Origin: Octopus sinensis
Lineage: Eukaryota
Direction: 5' to 3'
Assembly: GCF_006345805.1 (NCBI RefSeq)
Contig: NW_021832850.1
Location: forward strand, 31,766-95,765
Length of the DNA: 64,000 nt
Of this stretch, positions 51,474 to 64,000 are shown one piece after another (the first letter of the stretch is position 1; the number at the start of each line of letters is the position of its first letter). The notes beneath the pieces are model-generated. The model worked only from the letters and a program-made list of their open reading frames with translations, ran no database searches and was not told where the DNA came from. The translations under genes were made by a program, and so were the position numbers.

Positions 51474-52354
51474 ATCAGAATGAACATTTAACATTCTACT
51501 ATTTTATTTTATTCTATTATATTATCTTATATTATATCATTATAAGATTGTAAATAAAACGTGAAAATCAGACAAGGTTGGAATTCCTTTTATTAATATA
51601 TATATATATATGTATGTATTACCCATACATATATACACGGCCTTAGCAAACTTTAGTAGCAATGTAGCCCTCGCTACGAGCAAGTCATTGAACTGGTGCC
51701 TACAATATATACATACTAACAGGAAGACACAGCATATATACATCATAATTGGGCCCCTAGAATCAAGAGGCCTCTACACAACTGCCCAGTGTGTCCGTAA
51801 CTTAAAACTGCAATGTTAACATACTGTTGATTTCTGTTTGATATAATCCTTTTAAGTCTCTCATCTCGGCTATGATGCTTTAAAATGTTCTTAACTCATT
51901 AGCATAGCTATAGTTGGGGGGGCGGTAGGGATAGTCGGCTACTGGCAGCACTTTTAAAGGAGCATCACTTTTGAGTCTGCTATAGGCAATATGTACTTTT
52001 GTGGGGTCGGGGTGGCAAACGGAAGGGCCGCCCCGGGCGGCACACACTCGGGATACGCTAGTGTCTCAACTGTAGCTTATGTAGCTTCTACATATACAGA
52101 AATCGCATAATTTTTGAGTTCTTATATGTGCCCGAATTTCTGCAATTTTAAGATTGTAAATGTGATATATAATATCTCTTGTTAGCTACATCAAGAGATT
52201 CTATATCAAGAGATTCTATATCAAGAGATACTCTTGAAACATAGAATCTCTTGTTGATTATATGTGAGATCTTGTAAGATTGAATGTTATATTCAATAAC
52301 TGTTTTATTTTAATGCTCATTTACAAAGAAACGGTTTCGATGTTATCGATTTAG

Positions 52355-52501
52355 GATGTCCACCACAATTGTATGGTAAAGACTGTATCAATGAATGTCA
52401 TTGTTCTCGAGCGGAATCATGTCACCAAATTACTGGAAAGTGTAAAGGTGATGGCTGCGAAGATGGATGGTATGGAGAGAAGTGTGACAAGCGAACATAT
52501 G
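52355..52501 (+). CDS. Host gene exon 6: EGF-like module GCPPQLYGKDCINECHCSRAESCHQITGKCKGDGCEDGWYGEKCDKRTY
   Basis: atttag acceptor, GTAAGT donor, 147 nt, phase 1-1, canonical 8-Cys MEGF10/Draper-type spacing. Confidence 0.92.
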
Positions 52502-52619
52502 GTAAGTACATATTTGTTCAGGGTATGCGGGTACTTAGATACTTAAATGACTTTCGCTCAGAATAAACCCTGGCCATGACTAACTTAGTAGCAGCACTAA
52601 TAAAACATTTAATCATGCT

Positions 52620-53460
52620 TCATGTTACAATCATGTTTTGGGCACCTAGCCCATGCGAGTAAAGAGTTATTGTTTGCAGAGATTTATCCGGGTGTACTTG
52701 ATTTATCTGGAATTTGTTCGGGATATTCATCCGGAAATGCCTGAATACCATGAGAACTTTTTCTTCTTTTATGTGTCTTGGCATGATGTTAAGAAAGCAG
52801 GGCCAGTGGAGGTGAAGTGCTTCTGTCTTAGTGTTGTAATCGCGAGGACGATTTTTGTAGAGGGCGAATGGCATTGGGTCCAAGTCTAGGGTGAACTTTA
52901 CAGTTGATAACAACACTGTTTGAACAATATTGGAATATTTTTCCACATTATACGAAAGATATAGCGCTCATGTGAAGTTGGAGGGTGTAAAGTGTGTGTT
53001 CTGGAGCTGATCCCAGTATTCAAGCCCTGACATGTCTTGCTTTTTCTTTGATTGATCTCTGGGGTGCTTCAATTTTTATGATATTACTTTCATGTCGAGA
53101 GACCAAAGCGCACAACGGTATTCTAGATGAGGACGGGCTTGGTGGAGAAGAGAATGATAATGGTAGGAGCATCTCTGAACCGAAAATTCTTAGGATCCAG
53201 GAGCACAACATACGGATCATGTCAGTTTTGTTGTTTATGTGGTCACTCTATGTTAGGTTATTATCGACTGTTATTCCGAGGGTCCTTACGGTGATTGATA
53301 CCACTAAGGTTTCACGTAAGAGAACAGTATATAGTAGCTTATGTGCAGCCACTTTTCCGAAGTGAACTAATTCAAATTTTTGGGGTCCGTGAATATTTCA
53401 TGGAATTATAGTAAACTTATTGGGTTATTACCGAAAACTTTATACAAAAGCCTGAAAGCG
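52620..53460 (-). mobile_element. Decayed CR1 3-prime fragment
   Basis: RTLGITVDNNL, WILRIF, ERY remnants on the minus strand. Confidence 0.75.
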
Positions 53461-53577
53461 TAGACTGTGTTTTGTCTGTATCAAATGATAGTTGCTCATC
53501 TGCTCTTCATTGAAAAGTGAAGGAAATTAGACAACGATGATTACTTAATGCACTTTATATATATCATTTTATACTTG

Positions 53578-53806
53578 AAGGCGGCGAGCTGGCAGAAACG
53601 TTAGCACGCCGGGCGAAATGCGTAGCGTATTTCGTCTGCCGTTACGTTCTGAGTTCAAAATTCGCCGAGGTCGACTTTGCATTTCATTCTTTCGGGCTCG
53701 ATAAATACAGTACCAATTTCGCACTGGGGTCGATGTAATCGACTTAATCCTTTGTCTGTCCTTGTTTCTCCCCTCTATGTTTAGCTGCTTGTGGACAGTA
53801 AAGAAA
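53578..53806 (+). mobile_element. Full-length CORE-type SINE with TSD
   Basis: Same core; atatatatcatt(t/a)tatact on both flanks. Confidence 0.88.
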
Positions 53807-53849
53807 TATATATCATTATATACTTTATGCACAATTCTATAGATTTAAT

Positions 53850-54400
53850 ACACAGCACCCATAAAATAAATATTTACTCTTATTTTTGCATTTATCTCCA
53901 AAACGGGGTAAGTTTTACATTTTAAATTTTACATGGTCACAATTTCATATCTAGAAAGCAAACATTTTATATTAAAAAAAATATTTATATATAAAATATT
54001 GGGCCCACATTTTCACGGTGGTAAACATTTAATGCAGTATGGCACACTCTGAAAACCATATCGTTGGTAAATTATACGGCAGGTCGATGGGTCGGAGCCA
54101 ATACACATTTCAATTTGCGCACACTTTTCAATCCAATATTTCTTTGCAGAATATGTCCTTCGTGTAAGTTTTCCCGTTTCTTTTCCTTTGTCAGTGTTGA
54201 TAACTTTAACATCAGATAATCTGAGAGCCATTCCGAATGCATCATATACCTGACCGTGACCGAATGCAAGTTTAGGCAAGAACAACCCCATTTTATCAAA
54301 GTGTCTGCCCTTGTGATTTATTGATAACCATTGCATATGACAGGCGAACAGAAACTGGTTTCTTTCTAAGGTGAATGCAAGCAAGATTAGGATGCGCATG
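53850..54400 (-). mobile_element. Helitron RepHel (PIF1-like helicase) C-terminal remnant
   Basis: Frameshifted VRLSYAMVINKSQGQT / FDKMGLFLP....GHGQVY.AF / SDVKV (helicase motifs V-VI). Confidence 0.8.
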
Positions 54401-54999
54401 CGTCAATTTGTAGGTGATATAAAAAACTTAGTTCAATTATAAAAAAGTACTTTCCACTATGCACCCAACATCACCCACCACCACCACCACCACCATCATC
54501 CCTCTCTGTCTGTCTCTTCTCACCCAATCACTCACTCACTCACTCACTCACTCACTCACTCACTCATCTCTCTCTCTCTCTCTTCTCTCTCTCCTCTCTC
54601 TCTCTCTCTCTCCTCTCTGCCTTTCCTTAATCTCACTACCAGAACATCACTCCGCTAAAATGTTATTCCTAACTCTCCTCTATATAACTACCTTCAACTA
54701 ACTTTTTTAACCACGTAATAAATATTACGTTCCCCTCACCACATGTCATGGACGCTTCCCTCTGTTTTCTCTCTCCCTCTTTTCTTTCTCCCTCTTCATG
54801 CCTCACTTCCACCTTATCCTCCTTTTCTCTCTCCGATTTCTTCCTCTTGTTCTCTAATTCCCTTCAACTAATCACGTGAAAGCTTTACAATTATGTTCCC
54901 CCAATCTCATATCATGGAGGTTTCTCTCGCCTTCCTTTTCTCTCTCTCCCCTTTTCGTCCTCCTTTTCTCTAATCACGTGAAAGCATTAATGATGGGCT

Positions 55000-57900
55000 A
55001 AGTACCCTAACGACAAGCAGAATTATTATAAGCTTTATCATCGCTTAGTTGCATATTGTGTTTTTTTCACCCATTGGATAACAGCGAGCACATCCAACTG
55101 GATGTTTTTTTTGTTCTCCTACACTGTCGATGACCTTCAAAATCTTTGAGTCATACGCGAAAGTTTTTATATTGGTGATATTGATAACGTCAGTGGTGCC
55201 ACAAAAGTAAATGACACAGAGAAATGGATCCAATACAGGGCCTTGAGGAATTCCAATAATGACAAGTGCTGAGCTTCATCGAACACCATTGAACACCACA
55301 TGCTGGGTCTGTTCATCAGGAAACACTTCTAAAATTTCCCTCTGATTTGTGTGTTGGATAGTTACTTTGACAGTATAATGCCATCAACTTTATCGAAAGC
55401 CTCGCTGAAGGCAAGGATAAATGGCATCTGCAATGGAACCCTCAGGACCTTTAGGGTGTGGTCAAAATGATGCAAGCGCTGTCTTAAGAAGTCGCTGCTG
55501 GTTGTAAAAACATATTGTATGGAAATAAGTCGACAACGTAAGGGAAGTGACTTACTCGAGACCTCACCCCTCTCTCAAATAATTTGATAATGAAGTAAGA
55601 CTGGTAATTCGGTGGGGGTAATTTTTTTACCATTTTGAAAACTGGGACAATCGATTTTCAGCAAAATAACCAACGTCTAGTGATTTTATTCAGAGAATAG
55701 TTAGAGACAATACAAATTCATGTCATCATCCCCCCCCCCTCCGAACTCTAGTGGGAAAGATATCGGGACTCACACCTCAGTTGCTTTTAATTTTGCTTCT
55801 AAGTGCTCTGATATGCAGGACGTCAAGAGATATAATGGATAGAGTGTGCAGGAGGTTTGCTTCACAGATGCTGTCCAGATTAACCATACTTGCATTGCTG
55901 AAAGCAGAGCAGTATTGCTTCTGCAGAATCTCACCCATGGCTTTTCGCTTACTAAGAGAATGTGTCCTCATCAATCAAAGGTTCAGCGAATGCTACAGCC
56001 CATTTTCTTTTTGCAAAGGAGTAGAACACTTTGGGATTGAATCGATTTATATTAGATTGCATTACTTGATTCCAGAAAAACTCTATCAGTCAAGTACGCC
56101 TGTCGCTGATGCCAATACTTTAGTCGCTCGATTTTTGACTCATCCTTTTTAGTTTCTTTATTAGGGTTTTTATATATTTTTTGCTTATAATTAGTTTGGT
56201 TCATGGGCTGTTATGGAGAGTATCGTCAATATGTATTTGCGACAGTGTCCTCAAATAGCTTCCAGGATGTATTGATGCTATTTGGGGCGAGAGAATAAAC
56301 GAAAGATGAGTCAGTGAATGAAAGATCCTGAGTGATTGCATTCCATTGTCCAATAGGTTTTTGCTAAGCTCGTTGGCTCTAGCATGAGTTGGAAAAGGAA
56401 AAATTAGTCAATAAAGTGACTCCACTGATGCGTTGTCTTGGACTGAATTGCAGATACCTGCTTTCAAGTTATAAATAGACTAGACAACGCAGGGGAAATT
56501 GTGAAATCACCTACCATTAAAAAGATACCAGACTGATACAGTTGAATAAAGGATTAACATTGTTAAGACATTCTTTGAAGAATAGTAAAGGCGATTGTGA
56601 TGGCCTGTAGAGAACAATTATAAGAAAATCATTGGTTTGTTATACGGAAGTAATGATACACAGTAAACATTGGTGCATGAAACATTGTAATTGCAGTGAA
56701 TGAGTCTTGTAGTAAAACGGCAAATCCTCTCTTTCTTCTGCCGTTGCGATCTGCACGGGTCACAGTGATATTCCTCACTGGTCGGTAACCCAGTGTTAAA
56801 TCTTTTATCCCTTCGCATTGAAGGATGAACTGATGGCTTGTGCATTCAGCAGAAATTCTGAGATTAGAGTAGTGGCTTGATTAGACTTTTTCAAGGGTCT
56901 CGAAAGTGACTTATGTTTTAATATCAGCGAAAAGAGCAGATATTGTGTCGAGGGTAATAACAACGACAATGTGTGACAGTGAAAACATTTATCTGAATCT
57001 TTTTTGCTAGCTTTCGGGTGGATAAGAAAGAATAATTTGTCTGGTTAAGGAATATTTGGTGGATAAAGCTGTGGTTACATTGGCGGTTTTGTCGTTTGTT
57101 TGTTTTGTTTTTGTTGCTATAGGATGATCTCCAGTTTACTGAGTTGTTGACAAGGTTTGTGCTGGGTCTGTTGATTTTATTCTTGTTTCTGTTGGATGCT
57201 TCGTTATTTCCTTATTAGTGGGGAAATCACGTGACGGTAGAGCTGCGGCTGATATGTTATGTTTTATGAAGCTTCTGATGTTGGCTAGGAGATTGTACTT
57301 CGATTCCTGGAAGATGTGTGAGCGTACAATAGTGCTGTAGAATAATATCTCGCGTTGGGGACAGCAGCAGATTTTAGGGGAATCATTTCATTTGGTTTTG
57401 GTGCGTCTGTTGTTTTGGTGTGGGTCTGTAAATCAAGCATCTTGCTCCAGGCTGGTGGTTGAAATTGCAGTCATCGTAAAGAATAGCGTCATATTTTTGG
57501 ATTTCGACTTAAATGTGTGGAAGAGAGGCAGTGGACTAAATAAAATTGGGTTTAGTAAAGGTTTGACGTTGGGGGAAAACTGACATTGAAGAGGGAAATG
57601 GAGTTGTTGAGTTTCGTCAGAGTCGAGATAGTAGTAGTGGTGGGTGGTGGTATGTGTGTTTTGGTAGTATTGATAAATGTTGGGATGTAGTGGTGGTGGG
57701 AAAAAGAGAAAGCAGGAGTAACTGAGGGTGGTTACTGCTAGTTGTAGTAGTAGTAGATGAAGGGGCATGGAAGATAATGACAGTGTTGGTGATAATGACG
57801 ATGCTGATGATGGTGTTAAGTCTTAATATATGATTTATTTAGCATCATGCTGAGTTATTTGTGGCAGGAATTGCTGTTGTACTTGGTACAGCTGTCGTGT

Positions 57901-58700
57901 GGATTGTTGTAGTTGTTGCTTGTCATCTTGGCTAGGTGGAAAGATTTGAGTGAGTTTACCCATGTAGCTACGATGTGAAGTAGAAAGCTATTTCAGTTTG
58001 TTTTGTACTTGTCTCCTTCCCTTGGTGGTTATTAAAAAAGAGGAACAACTGTTTGGGCATTGAGATTTAAGCGTGAGCTATTGTTGCTTTCAAGCTCAGA
58101 AAGAATGATTAATACGTTAATGCGAATGTTTATTTCCTTAAATTGCTAAAAGAAAAAAAAAATTACGGACGATTGGTCGCGCAAGGCACGAGAACGTGCA
58201 ATGACGTTCCTGGGATGACATCGACCAACGGAGCAGCAACAGACAGCGAGCTTCCGTAGTTTGCCGGCAGATGGAGGGGGTCACGCGATTGCGGCAGGAA
58301 ACGCGATGACAACGTCGTCTGCCTGGAAGAGAGTTGAGGCTCAGTCCCGACAAAGACAGTGGTGTTGGACTAGGAGGCCACAGTTACGCCAACATCTCGA
58401 GCTCGGTGGTTGCCGGAGCGCAATGTGGAGTGCAACAAGGACAGCGAAGGCGAGGTCGCTCACGTGCGGACGGACGAGGTATCGGCGGCATATTGAGGAG
58501 TCGACGGCCTTGTATGGTCAGACCAGCGGCGATTATTGTGAACGGGTTGTGTTGGCATTGTAGCGCTTCTTTGCTTTTCTATTGTTGTTGTTTATGGAGT
58601 GCTTCTCATTATTCATCTGTGTGGCTCTTCATCTGTTCGGATCTTATTCATGCCAAAATAGAAAAATGTTGATGTTGAGTAGTTTGTGCTTAAATATGAA
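55000..58700 (-). mobile_element. Decayed long LINE: CR1-type ORF2 remnants (55000-56950) with a putative ORF1 and GC-rich 5-prime end (57000-58700)
   Basis: GIPQGPVLDP, FAYDSKIL, MGEILQKQYCSAFS remnants; the ORF1/5-prime UTR assignment rests on position and composition only. Confidence 0.6.
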
Positions 58701-58820
58701 ATATAGGTATAGGTATAAAAGGTAACAATAGTAAATAAAATCAGCCAAGAATTTGTTATGTGTAGTATTGTACGGAAATAGACAAGGATATTCGTGGACG
58801 TTACAATATTGAGTAATCTG

Positions 58821-59412
58821 AAGGCGGCGAGCTGGAAGAAACGTTAGCACACAGGGCGAAATGCTTAGCGGTATTTCATCTGTCTTTACGTTCTGAGTTC
58901 AAATTCCGCCAAGGTCGACTTTGCCTTTCATCCTTTGGGGTAGATAAATTCAGTACCAGTTGCATACTCGATCGATCTAATCGACTACCCCTCCCACCAA
59001 AACATTTGGGCCTCGTGCCTTGAGCAGAAAAGAATATTGAGAAATTTGTAAAGCGTAGCCGTATTTCGTCTGCCGTTACGTTCTGAGTTCAAATTCCGCC
59101 GAGGTCGACTTTGCCTTTCATCCTTTCGGGGTCAATAAATTAAGTACCAGTTACGCCCCCAGGGTCGATGTAATCGACCTAATCCGTTTGTCTGTCCTTA
59201 TTTTCCCCTCTGTGTTTAACCCCTTGTGGGCAGTAAAGAAATAGGTATTTCGTCTGCCGTTACGTTCCGAGTTCAAATTCCGAAGAGGTCGACTTTGCCT
59301 TTCATCCTTTCGGGGTCGATAAATTAAGTACCAGTTGCGTACTGGAGTCGATGTAATCGACTGGTCTCCTCCACAAAAATTTAGGGCCTTGTGCCAACAA
59401 TAGAAAAGAATA
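58821..59412 (+). mobile_element. Cluster of three CORE-type SINE units
   Basis: Same core; the first unit is flanked by an imperfect 16-bp TSD aatattgag(t/a)aat(c/t)tg. Confidence 0.85.
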
Positions 59413-60599
59413 TTGATAAGTGTGTGGTTAAAATATTCTATAAACTTGTGTGTATTCGTTTATAGGAATATTGTGTATTTAGGAATATCTGTCGGTAGGA
59501 TATTGTGTAGTTATGGTACAAATAGCCAATAAAAATTGGAGAGTTCAGAGATTCAGAATAATACAGATGCTTATGGCTTTTTTGTATAGTTGTTGGCGAG
59601 TAGCCTGGGAAAACGTGTCTATACCGTTCATCTCCTTAGTATTCAGATTTTAAACCAGATATTAATATTTACTGCTGACCACATAACGTTAATAGATGTG
59701 CTTAAATATAATATAAAAACTTCGGAGCAATAATTAGTTAGTATCCTCTTCTTTGTATTATAATATATCCTGGGCTAAATGATTTAACAAAGACACAATT
59801 AAGCTCAGAATTTTACGCAGCACGAGCACAGTTACATTGGAGAGTGTTCTCTTAAACTGCGGTGTTTAGTTTTTTAATTTATGTTACTTGGAAAATCTAT
59901 GAATGCTGGTGGAATTGGGTTTCACAATTTCTTGTGTGTGTGTGTGTGTGTGTGTGTGTATTAAAGTATAATGTAGGAAAGCCCATTGCATCCGATGTGA
60001 GGATGAATCTTGGAAAAGATAAATAATAAACATGGTTTAAATGATTGACACAGTGGACCAGTATTTATTTATGTCGTTTTACATTCCAAGTTCATCTCCA
60101 CCCCTCGACCGAACTAACCTTGATTTCCATCGTTTCAGTGAGTATCGATACAATAGGTACCAGTAATATATTCTAAAGTATATACAGTAAATTACATAAC
60201 TTTTGCTAACAAACCGGAGATATGTTATTCTCGTGCGTACAGAATACACTGGTTTCAAATTTTGGTACAAAGCCAGCAATTTTGGGGGAGGGTGCACTAT
60301 CTACCTCGGCGGTATTTGAACCCCAAACATTAGTTGGGTGAAATATCGCTAAGCATTTTGACCGGAGTGCTAACCGCTCAGTCGGCTCACCACCTTGCAA
60401 AATATATTACATTGCTTATTTCTGTATGTCAGTCTTTCTATTTTGTTAGATTCCTATGACTGTATCAATGCTTTAGTATATTGCGGTATCGTAATGGTAA
60501 GGTTCTTCTCATACGTCTAATTGAGGGCGAAATTATAAAGTACATCGACGGAGGAGACATCAGCAGAAATATTTAAGGCCGGTCGCAGCTGTCGATAAT

Positions 60600-62270
60600 T
60601 TCAAGAAGAGGTCTGGTGTTCAAATCGTTGTCAGGTATGGAAAAGCAGCGAGCTCTGACACGAAGGCAACTGAGGATTTCGTGCATGAATTCAGTCAGCT
60701 CATCGTAGCCGAGGGGTACATCGCACAAAAGGTATTCAGCTGTGATGAAACTGGCCTTTTTTGGAAGGAAATACCTAGAAGAAACTACATAACTGCAGAG
60801 GAGAAAGAACTGCCACGCCACAAGCCTATGACAGTCCAACTCTTGCCATTTGTGACAATGCAAGTGGAGACTTGAAGATTAAGCCGCTCATTTTCTACCA
60901 TTCCGAAAACCCACAAACGTTCAAGTTGCACAAAATTCTGAAGGAGAAGCTGCAGGTCATGTTGAGGTTGAACATTAAAGCCTGGGCCACCAGGGAATTC
61001 TTCACCCAGTATGTGAACCTTATCTTCGGAGCAGCAGTGAAAACGTACTCTCTGGAGAACGACCTTCCTCACAAGGCCCTCCTCATCTTCGGCAATGCTC
61101 CTGCTCACCCTCTTAACTTCAAAGATGATATCCTGGACAAATCTGAATTTATGAGTTATGTACATTTCACGCAACACCATCCCTAATTTGCCGCCCATAG
61201 ACTAACAGGTGATTTCTAATTGTAGGAAATAGTACACCAAACACCGGTTTCGTCGGTACTTTGAAGTCACCGAAAATACAAATCTAACCATTCATGAGTT
61301 TTGGAAGGAGCACAAGAACATTGTTTACTGGCTGAAAATCATCGATATGGTCTGGCAGATTGTAACGAGGAGAACACTGAATTCTACAAAGAAGAAACTG
61401 TGAACTGACTGTGTATCCGAAAGAGATTTCAAAGGGTTTGAGTCTGAGACATCTGTAGTCGAGGAGATAGTGTCTCTTGACAAGTCCATGGGCCACGAGG
61501 TAGATGATGAGGACATTAACGATCTCATCAAGGAACACTCAGAGAAGCTGACAACAGATGAACTCCCTCAGCTTCATGAACAACAGCATTCGGATGTGGT
61601 GTAAGAATTTGGTTCCCGGAGTAGGAGTGTGTTGCAGAAATGGTTATCTCTGCGGGTGACTTCAAGGCTGTGTTGGCAAGTAGCAGTATGTTTCTGAATC
61701 TGTAGTAAAATCTCAGCCTGAATAAGCATATACAAGCCGTGCAGCTGCTTTATCTAATGATACTGGTCTGGCACATTTTCTTAACATTTTGAAATGCAGG
61801 AAAAAGCAGACTTCTCTTGATATGTTTCTAAAGAAACGACCTCCAAGTGTGAAACGTAAAGAAAGTGTCCAAAAGACCTAAATTAAGCGAAGTGAGGCAG
61901 AAAACACCCCTCAAATCTCAATGGAAGGAAATTCTCCTTCCAAACAATAATCCTCCTCCTCTGGTCTATCGTCTTCCTCGCGCACACAGCGTCCTATCAT
62001 TAAAGTAATTGAATTAATAAAATCAGTTTACATATTTCTTTTGCCTTCTCTTTTATCATGTTTTTACAATTGTCATTTCCCATGTAACTTCACCTTTTCA
62101 GTTTTAAAACCCATAAAAAATATTTTGGCGTGATTTGAGGGAGGGGCTGGAACGGATTAATTATATTTTAATTAATTTCAAAATTGGGGAAAATTGATTT
62201 GTAAAACGAGTAAATCGAAACACGAGCTCGGCCATGGAACGAATTAAACTCGAAATGCGAGGTATGACTG
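60600..62270 (+). mobile_element. Tigger/pogo (DDE_1) transposon, 5-prime-truncated and decayed
   Basis: GKAASSD...KVFSCDETGLFWK..P...YITAEEK..P.HKPM, LLIFGNAPAHP; 3-prime TIR ...CGAGGTATGACTG|TA. Confidence 0.85.
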
Positions 62271-62961
62271 TATAAATTTAATCTAATAATATTCAATTTA
62301 AAATCTTCATTAATCAGTTATTTTGAGGAGAGCAAATTGTACATCATAATTGTATATTCATCTCGATTTCCCCAAACAATATTTTCTACAGCAAATATAG
62401 AAATGTGTTTTAGAATCCAATGTAAAATAAGTCTGCGCTAAAAATTCGGCCAGATGTAAAATTGAAGAAAATTATTCAAGATAAAAGAGTATCGGCTTCT
62501 TTTTTTTTTGCACGAGGTCAGCAGGTTCGGAGAAGGGGGATAGTTGATTACATGGAGTCCAATATTCAGCTGGTACTTATTTTATGGACTCCGAAAAGTA
62601 GAGACGAACCCGGCGCCATTTGCACTCAGAACGTAATAGTGAAAGAAGTGCGGTAGCAATTTTACCAGTTCGCAACCTCAAGCTATAGGAATACACTACC
62701 TTTGTCGATATCCTTACCAGATGTTTTACGTATATTTTCTTTACAAATGTTAAGTTTTTGCATTAAAACAGTCATTTCCCATTCGGTAAATAAGGGCGAT
62801 ACATAAATAAACGTCTTACAAGGTATACACTGCATTTATGTTATTATGTACAAAAAATGTGGTCTACATAAATGTGTGACTGTTTCATAAGTTATACTTT
62901 CAAGATACATTATACTAAAATCTTTTTACACTTTATTAATTCTGACATTTATATTTTCCAG

Positions 62962-63222
62962 TTAATATTGCTCAAGGTCAAACTACACAGCAAACAAGTA
63001 TATATGGAATAAAAGGAACTACAGTCTTCCATAATGGAACTTGTGAAAAAATGAATATATCGATGGCATCCGACAAAGCAGTTGACGGAAATTTTGATCC
63101 TGGAATTACGCATAAATCATGTGCAAGTACTGACTGGGGAAAAGATCCATATTGGCAAGTGATGTTTGATAAACCATACACGATATACCAACTGAGAATA
63201 TATAATCGAATGGGAATATATC
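62962..63222 (+). CDS. Host gene exon 7: N-terminal half of an F-type lectin (FTP/fucolectin-like) domain; the gene continues beyond the window
   Basis: ttttccag acceptor, GTAAGT donor, 261 nt, phase 1-1; VNIAQG..T.QTS...AVDGNF....CAST.....PYWQV......IYNR motifs. Confidence 0.92.
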
Positions 63223-64000
63223 GTAAGTATTGTTAAAAAGTTATTAATGTTGTCGGTTCGTCTCAGTTTATCTTGATTCAGCAGGATTATTTTCGAAAGT
63301 GTTCCAGCCGTGACTCTCCTGTCATTCTAATGACAGTATCGTGCGTTTTGACAGAAAGTTTGTTTGCTAGTTCTAACGATTCCAGTGGCCGATTAAAAGA
63401 ATCTTCGTTGGCTCACAATACATTTGTTTATTTATGTTGACACAGTGTATATAAATATTATATAGCAAGTTAAAAGAATATTATTATTGTTGATGAAATT
63501 TGATTTGTTTTTGATAATGGAAATGAGTTTTGTTTTCTCTTTACTTTGAACATCAGAAGGGACCAACGTGTGATTGATGAAAACGTTGTATTGTTTTAAT
63601 AATATGGCGGCTATGACCTGGCCAACAAAATTTCCTTTCGGTCTGTAACTCCTTTAATTGCTAGTGCAATACTTCACTTTAGAGTGTAAGGGTTTTGGTG
63701 GCTTTCGTATCTATTTTTATGGTCGCGCCATTATTAAACCGATTGTTTGTAATACAGTATTATAGCAGCCAGAGTTGAATATAATGTATTCATATTTAAA
63801 AAGAAATGTTCATGCATTTGTGTATAACTACATGTGTATGCACACAGGTGCACACGCGCACATACACATGCATAACTAGAAAAGCACTCGGAGAGAGCAG
63901 ATCTTCGCCAAACCAGCAGGAGCAGCACTACGACGTCAACGTTGACGACGACGACCACCACTACCACCATATCACAATCACCACCACAACTATCCTACCT

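Larger units (their letters stand above)
49682..51597 (+). mobile_element. Penelope-like insertion with inverted pseudo-LTRs flanking an RT-thumb/GIY-YIG fragment
   Basis: ~490-bp inverted repeats (49682-50170 / 51105-51597), SKCNDSRCGTC and NLIYCIKCPNCEGIYVGQTG...HRQQI (50676-50969), (TA)n on both flanks. Confidence 0.92.

Noticed and set aside
63570-63600. Possible next exon after catcag
   Set aside because: The phase-1 frame reaches TGA within 6 codons; the next exon must lie outside the window

Overview
AT-rich, microsatellite-dense animal genomic DNA. It is probably octopus or another cephalopod; this is inferred only from the SINE families and repeat style. The first ~21 kb is intergenic and TE-rich. 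From 21200 a plus-strand host gene runs off the right edge. I reconstructed 7 coding exons by hand, all separated by phase-1 GT-AG introns (~338 codons). They encode: signal peptide - Cys-rich segment - EGF-like - degenerate F-type-lectin-like - EGF-like - F-type lectin (FTP) domain. The rest is TE-derived: three ~1.25-kb irritans-like mariner copies plus other mariner remnants, two young CR1-group LINEs plus decayed ones, many Penelope-like element (PLE) pieces, non-autonomous Helitrons (one head-to-tail trimer), a Helitron helicase remnant, a Tigger/pogo remnant, a probable Crypton-like derivative and many tRNA/CORE-type SINEs. The most notable layer is invisible to the ORF track. About 9 type-I hammerhead-ribozyme-like motifs from several families sit in PLE termini, some intact, some variant and some decayed, and most of the intronic ones are in the sense orientation. 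Other notable structures are a 437-nt rod-like imperfect hairpin with a hammerhead-like apex, a strand-asymmetric GCGAAAGC-capped hairpin and a 2.6-kb inverted duplication. All calls are by eye; no searches or folding programs were run, and TE boundaries are approximate unless a TSD or TIR is quoted.
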